NCBI GenBank assembly: GCA_965240325.2 | Contig: OZ251226.1 | Span: forward strand, 310,001-374,000 | From: Rebecca billardiae RCC1528 | Lineage: Eukaryota; Protista; Haptophyta | DNA: 64,000 nt | Direction: 5' to 3' | Shown here: positions 1 to 8,962 of the stretch, piece after piece | Numbering within the stretch: the first letter of the stretch is position 1 | Layout: the number at the start of each line of letters is the position of its first letter | The notes under the pieces: model-generated | Seen by the model: the letters and a program-made list of their open reading frames with translations, nothing else | Told to the model about the DNA's origin: nothing | Database searches by the model: none | Made by a program: the position numbers and the translations under genes

Positions 1-7
1 TATATAT

Positions 8-1468
8 ATGACCGCGTTCCGCGGTCCTTTTCTGCATAGAATCAACGCAGTTGCGGAGTTGGGGGCCCGCGGTGGCCGTGCAATCGCGGCTCTCCGCCGT
101 AGTGGCAGTTCGCCAGTTGAAGTCGGTTCTAAGATGACTGAAGCTATTACTAGTATTAGTCCGACCGTCGCCCTGATGCCTGCGCGACCGCGAGACTCAT
201 TCACACTTCGATCACACAATATATATAATAATCACAGCAGCGGACCTGAGACCGCACCCGGCACCGGTCGTCAAATCGGACGTCCGTCTGACAACTAGCT
301 GCCAAATGTCCAACTGGCTGATCAGCTCGGATCCGACCCGTCCGCGATCGTGCCATCGGCATCGGAATTACTACTAGTAGCTGCCAAACTGTGTCCAACT
401 CTGGCTGATCAGCTCGGACCTGAGACCGCACCCGGCACCGGTCGTCAAATCGGACGTCCGTCTGACAACTAGCTGCCAAATGTCCAACTGGCTGATCAGC
501 TCGGATCCGACCCGTCCGCGATCGTGCCATCGGCATCGGAATTACTACTAGTAGCTGCCAAACTGTGTCCAACTCTGGCTGATCAGCTCGGATCCGACGA
601 CCCGTCCGCGATCGTGCCGAGTGAGTCGTGCCGCGGAGCTCGGAGTACTGAAGGAGTCGGGTGTGACAGCAGGGTGCTTTAGCGCTGCGGCCCGTGCCAG
701 CCAACGACCAGACGTACTCTGGCCACTTGACCCGTTGCACGGGTGAGTGACCGTACGCCCTGCCTAGTGCCTACCGCGCGCGCCGCGCGACTCGGGGTGA
801 TGGAGAGCGGATGGCGACAGCAGCAGCAGTCCTCATGAAGACGATGAAACTGGCGGCACGGGTGCACGAGGTGGCAGGCGAAAGCGCGCCGACGAGACCG
901 CATTTGACACACCTGAGCCGCACGCGCGTGCCGTCGCCGAGCGGCGAGCGCCGTGCAAACGCGCAACCGTACCGCGCGCGCCACGACGGCGCGGCACTAG
1001 CTGATGCAGGCCGTACTGCCGGCACTGCTTCTGCGATCATGCGCCACGGTCGCAGCTGACTGCGTGAGCAGCAAGCGGGAGGCGGGTCCGGAGGCACGTG
1101 CAGGCGCCGTCCCGCATCCGGCGCCATCGTGCCGGGGCACGTCACCTCCGACGATCCGGATGTGGCCCAGTCCGGACGTCACGCGATCCGGGACGACGAA
1201 TACGATTCGCTCGTAACGAACCGTTACGCTAAAGTCACGTCCGGCTGACGTCCAGATCGCGCGCACTTTACTTAGGGAATATCGTGGACGCGGTGTTTTT
1301 CGGCCTAATAGACCTCTCTATGCGATCTCAAAAACTCGAAACTCGGTCTCCGCCAGCCCTAAAAATCGCCCCCCGTCCCTTTTTTCTTGATCAAAGATCT
1401 TTTTGAAACGTGGTTCGGGCCCGCTGGTGCGGGCTCCACGCTGCGCGCTCCGCCCTGCACCGCGGGCC
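8..1468. mobile_element. Dispersed non-autonomous repeat, copy 1 (family R1), adjacent to (TA)n
   Basis: Near-identical to 6450-7729, from ATGACCGCGTTCCGCGG to GCCCTGCACCGCGGGCC. Both ends abut TA/TAA-rich sequence. No credible ORF. It may extend left of the window. Confidence 0.8.
241..588. repeat. 174-bp tandem duplication inside R1 copy 1
   Basis: The unit starting CGGACCTGAGACCGCACCC occurs at 241 and 415, but only once in the 6450-7729 copy. Confidence 0.9.
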
Positions 1469-1816
1469 ATAATAATTACTAGTTCGTTCGTTCATCAAGA
1501 ATCTCATCATCATTCATCACTTGATCTAGATGATAATTGCATGACGACGATTGACGAATCGTCAAACTCGCTGGACTATGGATCGCTCAAGTTTTTTTCG
1601 TACGTATTCAAACTGTCCCGGACGCGCCGGCACTCCGTGACTCTTCAGGATGAAAAACTTGTTAGTAACTTAGGAATGAAAAACATTACAATCAAACATG
1701 ATTACATCAGCGTTCGAGACCACGCTGATTGATGGCGCGTCTTTGTTTGAATCGACGCCTCAGCATCGGGGTCCCCACCTGCCGCCGAATGATCTCGACG
1801 CGCAGCGTGGAATCGA

Positions 1817-2181
1817 GCTGCGCCTCGCGCCAGCTCCCGGCGTAGGCCAAGTGCCATGCACCGCCCCGCCGTCAACCCGCGCTCGCGCCTCGCGCGCACG
1901 CGGATCCCGCGACTCATTGGTCGCGCCCGCCACTCGGTGGCGCTGCCAGCTGCGCCTCGCGTCAGCTGCAGACGTAGGCTCGGCGTCGCTGCGCCGCCTC
2001 GTCATAATCCCGCGCTCGCGCCTCTTGCGCGCACACGGATCGGATCCTGCGACTCCATGGTCGCGCCAGCGCCGCCACTCGGTGGCGCCGTGCCAGCTGC
2101 CTGCGCCTCGCGTCAGCTGCAGACGTAGGCTTGGCGCCTCTGCGCTGCCCCGTCATGATCTCGCGCTCGCGCCTCTTGCGC
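1817..2181. repeat. Degenerate ~135-145 bp tandem repeat (about 2.6 units)
   Basis: GCTGCGCCTCGCG(C/T)CAGCT...CGTAGGC...CGCGCTCGCGCCTC recurs near 1817, 1949 and 2096. Confidence 0.65.
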
Positions 2182-2524
2182 TAGCTAGTAGCGCTGCTCG
2201 ATCATCCGCTGCTGCGCGCAGTAGCTCTCCTGCCGACCTGCGCCAGCTGCGTCCGCTCATTGATATCCAATCGTGACTCCGACGTGAGCTCAATCTTAAT
2301 CGTTACTACAGTATCGGCCTGATGACATGAGTTACATAGGATAGGGCGGACGACCGTATAGACTGTATAGTTAGTGCCGCCTGATGCTATAAGGTGCAGC
2401 AGTAGGAACGAGTGCGCGGAGTCAGTGGCAGCCACGGTCTGGCTGTCGTCGTAACGGCCGAGTGGGCATCGGCGGCCGGCATGGCGGCGCGGCCAGGATA
2501 AGGATTATGCTTGATGCCGCCGAG

Positions 2525-3484
2525 TCAGGCCGCCGCCGTCGCCGTGCTGACTTCATACTTGCACAGCGGGCAGACCGCGCGTAAGCGCAGCCAGCTACGG
2601 ATGCAGCCATCATGGAAGGTATGCGCGCAGCCCAGCGTGACCGCGAGCCGCATGTGAGGATCAGACGGGCCGATGGGCTCGATGCACACACAGCACGGCT
2701 CGCTGGCATCACGTTGCAGCTCGAACGGGCGCAGCCGTGCGAGGGCCGGAGCGGAGAGACCGGGCGCGGCTGCATCTGCGCGGGCAGGCGGATCCACGCT
2801 GCCCGAGGCGACGAGCCGCGTGAACATGCGCAGGTCTGCGTCGCGAGGGCCACTGCTCACCGCAGCGCGGTGCGCGTGCTGGAGTGCCGCTGCATAGGCC
2901 GCGGGGTTTGCAGCCGCAGCCGCGCCACCATCGCCCACTGACGCTCGCTGATCGGCTGGGCGCGGCGAGAAGCGGGTGCGAGCGCTAAGCGGGCGAGCCG
3001 CGCACCGCCGACGCACGGAGCCGTCGCCAGCGGGCTCGCGCGGCTGATCGATACCGAGCGCCGCCATGCGGGACCGTGCCGCCGTGACCAGCACGTCTGC
3101 GCCGTCTGCGTCATCAGCTTCGGCTGCTGGAATCGGCGAGGATTGCACGTTGCGCGTGCGAGTGACCGGGTCGTCACGTACCTGCGGCGCCCGCAGACTG
3201 GAACGATGTGCAGATGCGACGACGGGCGCATCTCTCCGCGCCAAATCGCGCCGGGCCGGCATGCTAGTGTTGGTGCTGGCGACCCCGTCCAAAGCTGCGG
3301 CCTCGTGTGCCCGTGCCGATCGTGGCTTGGGCGGTGGCGGGAGCGTGAGGCGCGTTGCGGCAGACGAGCGCGCAGCAGCCGTGCCGTACACCTGAGCGCC
3401 ACTCCACGCGGCATCCGCAGAGGCGAGCGCCCGCACTTCGTCCAGGAAGCCTGGACGAAGTCCGCCGGCCGGGGCGGCAGCCAT
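2525..3484 (-). CDS. RING-H2 E3 ubiquitin ligase
   Basis: C-terminal CCVCIE...LGCAHTFHDGCIRSWL...CPLCK is a canonical C3H2C3 RING. Confidence 0.85.
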   Translation of the reverse strand: MAAAPAGGLRPGFLDEVRALASADAAWSGAQVYGTAAARSSAATRLTLPPPPKPRSARAHEAAALDGVASTNTSMPARRDLARRDAPVVASAHRSSLRAPQVRDDPVTRTRNVQSSPIPAAEADDADGADVLVTAARSRMAALGIDQPREPAGDGSVRRRCAARPLSARTRFSPRPADQRASVGDGGAAAAANPAAYAAALQHAHRAAVSSGPRDADLRMFTRLVASGSVDPPARADAAAPGLSAPALARLRPFELQRDASEPCCVCIEPIGPSDPHMRLAVTLGCAHTFHDGCIRSWLRLRAVCPLCKYEVSTATAAA

Positions 3485-3715
3485 GCCGCCGGTACTTGCA
3501 GCCGTTTGATGAGGCTTGGCCGAGGGCTGCAGGAGCTCGGCCGTCCGGATCAGAAGCCCTGCTCACGACTGTCCGGTGAGAACGCCTCGCCAGTGGCCCA
3601 GTGCGCACGCTCGTTGGCGAGGCCCGGTGGCGCTTTGCGCGCGGCGAGTCGCGGGTGCGAGGAGGCTCACGGGCGGGGTCCAGTGCGAGGGCCCGCGCGA
3701 CGCTGCGGACGTGCG

Positions 3716-5761
3716 ATGGGCGACGCACAGCTGAAGCAGGAGCATCGCACGCTCACGGAGCGCGTTGCAGACTTTGTCAACACGCAGCGGCAGAACGGCG
3801 AGGCCTCCGCTCAGGCCGTCATCGGCCGGCAGGCTGCGGCTGTGGACATCAAGGTGCGGGGGGGCGAGAAGAGCGTCAGCCGGCAGCACTGCCGCATCGA
3901 GCTCGACGGAGGCTCGTGGTACCTCGTGAACCTCTCGAAGCAGCTCGGCACTCGCGTGAACGCGCACCATCTCGCCGGCGATGGCCATCCGGAGCGGCAT
4001 GAGCTCCACGCGGGCGACGTGATCCAGCTGCTGAAGGACCGTGATCCCGACGGCCACTTCTGGTTCACGTGGCCGCCCGACCTCCCCGTGCGGCCGCAGG
4101 AGGACGGCGGCGAAGCGGCCCGAGCGGAGGCGCGCCCTCCCGAGCAACTCACCGCCAGCGCAGGCGCGCCAGCCGCCGATGGAGTGGAGCGCACGGCCGG
4201 TACCAGCGCCAGCGCCGAGCCGCGTGTGGGCGACGCCCGGGACGCGTCGCAGCCCACCGCCGCGCCGACGGCGGCGTGCGCGGCCGCATCACGCCCTGTC
4301 GCCACGCCGGAGCCGGCGCGTACGGCCGCGCCGCCCGCGGCGACGCCGAGGACTGCGGAGCCGCTCGTGCAGCAGCCTTTGCACCCGGCCGCGGCGCCGC
4401 CGGTGAGCATGGCCGCCGGATGCACGGCTCCGCAGCCCGCGGCCGCTTCGGGCGCGCACTCGCGTGCCGAGGATGGCTGTGTGGCTGCCGACGCCGCCAC
4501 GGCGTCTGCGCGTGTGAACGCCGTGGCCTCCCCTGCGCCACAGCCCCCACGCCCGGCGCCGGACGTGCCGGCGTCGGCGCCGCCGGGGCAGGCGGCGGCT
4601 GTACGCAGCCCTGCGCCCGACCAGAGTCAGCCCGCTGCCCCACCGGCCCCGCCGCCAGCCGCGGGCGGTGCGCTGCCGGCGAGCGCTCTCTCGTTCAGCG
4701 CGGTGCAGCGCGGGGCGCGAGCCCTCAAGGCGGAGCTGCAGCAGCTCAAGACGGCCACGCGCGCCACGCTGGAGGCGTTCTGGTCCGAGTTCCAGCCCGA
4801 GCTCACGTACATCATCCCGTGTGCTGTCGCGGCGATCGACGCGGCCGTCCTCGCCTTCCAGAAGGAGTTCACGGACGGGGGAAGCGAGGGGGGCTCGCCT
4901 CGGGCCGTGGCGGATGTGCCCGCGGGGACGCCGCACGCCGCGCCCCCCGCGCCCGTCGCGGCGGCTGCAGCTGCGACGCCGCCTGCGACGCCTGCGCAGC
5001 CGGCGCCGTCCGCGCTCGGCAGCGTGCATGCAGCGGCGCCCACACCCGAGGGCGCGGCGGCGACCGCGCGGGCCACCGAGCCCACCGATGCCGCTGCCAC
5101 TGAGGGCGGTGGCAGCGCTGCCAAGCGCACGCACGCGCAGCTCGTGGAGGACGCGAACGTCGACAGCGGCGTCAGCAACGACACCGGCGCGGGCGCGGCC
5201 GCAGCTGCCCCGCCCGTCGTGGACGGCGGCGACAGCTTGGAAGCGCACCATGTCGCCAAGCTCGCCAAGCGTACGCACGACGACGCGCGCGGCAGCCGCA
5301 GCGCGGGCGGTGGCGCGCTGGTCGTGCACACGGGGGCGCCGCCGTCGCACGGCGCGGAAGCCCCGATCGCCCGCGAGCACCCCGCGCCGCGCTCCGAGTC
5401 CAACTCCGGGATGCTCGAGTGGACGGCGAGTCCGGAGCCGCTCCGCAGGCCGGCGGGCCGGCACGCGCTCGAGCAGCTTGACCGGCAGCCCGCCGAGCAG
5501 GAGCGCTTCGAGCTGGTGCCGCCGCCCGAGCCGCCCACGGCCGTGAAGAAGCTGGTGCAGAGGAAGCTGATCAACTCCTTCCCCGGCTTCGGCTGGTTTG
5601 AGGGCAGGGTCCTCTCGGCCGTGCACCAAGGGGGCGAGTACGGCCAGCCGCAGAGCTGGAAGTTCTTCGTGCTGTACAGCGACGGCGACCGGCGCTACCA
5701 CAAGTACGAGCAGGTGTGCAAGGGCATCGCGAAGTTCGAGAGCGAGCGGCGCCACCGCTGA
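3716..5761 (+). CDS. FHA-domain protein with C-terminal Tudor-like domain
   Basis: FHA motifs VIGR, SVSRQHCRI, NLSKQLGTRVN and LHAGDVIQL. C-terminal KLINSFPGFGWFEGRV...FFVLYSDGD is Tudor-like. ATG at 3716 is in frame with ORF 3143-5761. Confidence 0.8.
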   Translation: MGDAQLKQEHRTLTERVADFVNTQRQNGEASAQAVIGRQAAAVDIKVRGGEKSVSRQHCRIELDGGSWYLVNLSKQLGTRVNAHHLAGDGHPERHELHAGDVIQLLKDRDPDGHFWFTWPPDLPVRPQEDGGEAARAEARPPEQLTASAGAPAADGVERTAGTSASAEPRVGDARDASQPTAAPTAACAAASRPVATPEPARTAAPPAATPRTAEPLVQQPLHPAAAPPVSMAAGCTAPQPAAASGAHSRAEDGCVAADAATASARVNAVASPAPQPPRPAPDVPASAPPGQAAAVRSPAPDQSQPAAPPAPPPAAGGALPASALSFSAVQRGARALKAELQQLKTATRATLEAFWSEFQPELTYIIPCAVAAIDAAVLAFQKEFTDGGSEGGSPRAVADVPAGTPHAAPPAPVAAAAAATPPATPAQPAPSALGSVHAAAPTPEGAAATARATEPTDAAATEGGGSAAKRTHAQLVEDANVDSGVSNDTGAGAAAAAPPVVDGGDSLEAHHVAKLAKRTHDDARGSRSAGGGALVVHTGAPPSHGAEAPIAREHPAPRSESNSGMLEWTASPEPLRRPAGRHALEQLDRQPAEQERFELVPPPEPPTAVKKLVQRKLINSFPGFGWFEGRVLSAVHQGGEYGQPQSWKFFVLYSDGDRRYHKYEQVCKGIAKFESERRHR

Positions 5762-6112
5762 GCCCGCGCGGTGGTATGCGCACCGCGCGCGACGCCAGCA
5801 CTGGGCGCTGCTGGCCGCGCATCGGATGCCCAAGCATCGGGCACAGCAGAGCTCCGCCTCCATCTATTTATTTGCGTATCCCCGCGCAGCAGCTGGCCCG
5901 GCTCGGCCGGGCAGTGTGGGCACAATAACGCGCCACACGGCGGCGCAGCGCGCGACGCAGTCCACGTATAGCCTTGATGAAGTCATATATATATTTATAT
6001 TCCCGCCATAAGCACCCATATTGAACCGTCAGTCCGTCTGCGGCAACATTTGACTGCGCCGCTGTATTATAAGTGTATATTATTAATTAGCAGTTATTAT
6101 AATATATATATA

Positions 6113-6372
6113 TTTAACGACGTGGCCCAGCATCGGACAAGCGTCAGGCTGAGGCTCAGAGTGCAACAGGCACATAGAATGCGTCCGCGCCTTCCGTCCA
6201 GGTCCGAGACAGTGCGCCACCCGCAGCCATGCCCCCCTACGGGAGCGGGGCCGGGAGCCGGGAGGCGGGATGCCGGATGGAGCACCGCCTCGGCCTGGGG
6301 CACGCGGCGGCGACGGCAGATGCCGCCGCGGCCGAGCGCCTTCCGGAGCACTTGGATGAGGGTGAGGTCGTA
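6113..6372. mobile_element. Dispersed repeat R2, copy 1, between TA-rich tracts
   Basis: Matches 31799-32059 (TTTAACGACGTGGC...GGATGAGGGTGAGGTCGTA). Confidence 0.8.
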
Positions 6373-6449
6373 GTCGATGTCGCTATAGATATACATATAT
6401 ATATGTGTGTGTGTGTGTGTATGTATATATATATATAACGTATTAGTAT

Positions 6450-7729
6450 ATGACCGCGTTCCGCGGTCCTTTTCTGCATAGAATCAACGCAGTTGGGGGC
6501 CCGCGGTGGCCGTGCAATCGCGGCTCTCCGCCGTAGTGGCAGTTCGCCAGTTGAAGTCGGTTCTGAGATGACTGAAGCTATATTAGTCCGACCGTCGCCC
6601 TGCCTGCGCGACCGCGAGACTCATTCACACTTCACACAATCACAGCAGCGGACCTGAGACCGCACCCGGCACCGGTCGTCAAATCGGACGTCCGTCTGAC
6701 AACTAGCTGCCAAATGTCCAACTGGCTGATCAGCTCGGATCCGACCCGTCCGCGATCGTGCCATCGGCATCGGAATCACTACTAGTAGCTGCCAAACTGT
6801 GTCCAACTCTGGCTGATCAGCTCGGATCCGACCCGTCCGCGATCGTGCCGAGTGAGTCGTGCCGCGGAGCTCGGAGTACTGAAGGAGTCGGGTGTGACAG
6901 CAGGGTGCTTTAGCGCTGCGGCCCGTGCCAGCCAACGACCAGACGTACTCTGGCCACTTGACCCGTTGCACGGGTGAGTGACCGTACGCCCTGCCTAGTG
7001 CCTACCGCGCGCGCCGCGCGACCGGCGACTCGGGGTGATGGAGAGCGGATGGCGACAGCAGCAGCAGTCCTCATGAAGACGATGAAACTGGCGGCACGGG
7101 TGCACGAGGTGGCAGGCGAAAGCGCGCCGACGAGACCGCATTTGACACACCTGAGCCGCACGCGCGTGCCGTCGCCGAGCGGCGAGCGCTGCAAACGCGC
7201 AACCGTACCGCGCGCGCCACGACGGCGCGGCACTAGCTGATGCAGGCCGTACTGCCGGCACTGCTTCTGCGATGATGCGCCACGGTCGCAGCTGACTGCG
7301 TGAGCAGCAAGCGGGAGGCGGGTCCGGAGGCACGTGCAGGCGCCGTCCCGCATCCGGCGCCATCGCCCATCGTGCCGGGGCACGTCACCTCCGACGATCC
7401 GGATGTGGCCCAGTCCGGACGTCACGCGATCCGGGAAGACGAGTACGATTCGCTCGTAACGAACCGTTACACTAATGTCACGTCCAGCTGACGTCCAGAT
7501 CGCACTTTACTTAAGGGAATCAGCTGGGCGCGGTTTTTTTTGGCCTGATAGACCTCTCAATGCGATCTCAAAAACTCGAAACTCGGTCGCCAGCCCTAAA
7601 AATCGCCCCCCGTCCCTTTTTTTCCGCCGCCCCCCGTCCCTTTTTTCTTGATCAAAGATCTTTTTGAAACGTGGTTCGGGCCCGCTGGTGCGGGCTCCAC
7701 GCTGCGCGCTCCGCCCTGCACCGCGGGCC
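6450..7729. mobile_element. Dispersed repeat R1, copy 2 (same orientation as copy 1)
   Basis: Colinear with 8-1468 and preceded by a (TG)n/(TA)n microsatellite at about 6390-6437. Confidence 0.8.
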
Positions 7730-8004
7730 ATTATTATTGAGGTATATCAGTGACGACCTTCATCCGAACTAACTAGTACCTTCCGGCCGTTCCCGCTTCC
7801 GGACTCATTTAATACATCCGGCCCTGGCGCGTGCACATTATTCATCATCATATCTGAGTTATCACGGCGCCGGCCATATTCAGGGATATATATATAGCAG
7901 TAGGATCTGTCGCCGACATCATTACAGATGATCATATATATATATATTGACAGCAGCATTGGCCGCGTAGTACGTAAGCTAGCCTCCGACTCCAAGTAGC
8001 TATA

Positions 8005-8131
8005 CCGTAGAATTAGTGCCAGACGATGCGGATCCCCATGCCCGATCATGCCGCACTTGTTCCGTGTAGTTCGCCGTAGAATTAGTGCCAGACGATGCGG
8101 ATCCCCATGCCCGATCATGCCGCACTTGTTC
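8005..8131. repeat. 68-bp-period direct duplication
   Basis: CCGTAGAATTAGTGCCAGACGATGCGGATCCCCATGCCCGATCATGCCGCACTTGTTC occurs twice. Confidence 0.9.
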
Positions 8132-8384
8132 GCCGCGTGGCCGTGCCCTTGATGAATGATGGATTTTACGCGCGAGGCGTCCCGAATCTTCCGCCTAGTG
8201 CATTCACTTCGTGCAATAGTCTGTTGTCATCAAGCAGTTATGCCGTCTCACTGACGCTCACACTGTGGACACACTGTTTGAGACCATCACTCCGCAGCTA
8301 CATGAGCATTGCCCACAGTCCTGGCGGCCGGACCTGCAGCTGCGGCTGCGGCTGCGGCTGGACCTGCGCTCACAGCTGCTATCA

Positions 8385-8630
8385 CAGGGGGGCACACAGG
8401 CCTGTGGTGTGGAACCCCGGCAGGCGTACTCATCTTCGGCGGACAAGGCGTTGGAGGCACTCTCCATGACGACGCATGGCTGCTGGAGCCCCGCCAGGGC
8501 TGGATCCCCGTGCAGATCTCCGGTGATCACCCGCGCGCGCGAATCCATCATGCAGGCGTGTGCACGGTGAACAGGGAATTCGTGTCTTCGGCGGAGCTTG
8601 TGGCCACTCGTGTGTGCTCGACGACCTGTC
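8385..8630 (+). pseudogene. Kelch-repeat gene fragment (frameshifted)
   Basis: GHT...VLIFGGQGVGGTLHDDAWLL...W...SGDHPRARIHHA in one frame continues as IRVFGGACGHSCVLDDL in another frame. There is no start codon or complete propeller. Confidence 0.65.
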
Positions 8631-8962
8631 CCCTGTGGCTAGGAGACTCCCGAACGGGCCAGTGGACCTGAGTGAGAGTGAGCAGGCTCCAGAGCTGATC
8701 GGTGATCCGGAGTCAAGGACGGGCAAGCCCTATGATCAGTGGCAGGTGCCAGCGCAAAGTACTGGCCTTCAGGTTCACGGTTGACGTTGATTTTGATCGT
8801 TAAAATCGAATCGTCGTCATCGGCGGGCAAGGCGCTGTTTACTCGAGCCCCTGCTCGCCAGCGCTGTCCCCTCCGCCTCGGCGGAGGACGCGCCTGCCGC
8901 CGCCGCCTCCCAAGCCGCGTCTCCGCCGCTTGGTCCTTGAGCTTCGGTGCTCGCGCGCCCAG

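Noticed and set aside
201-1266. ORFs inside repeat R1 as a transposase
   Set aside because: Frames differ between the two copies because of indels, and no catalytic motif was recognised.
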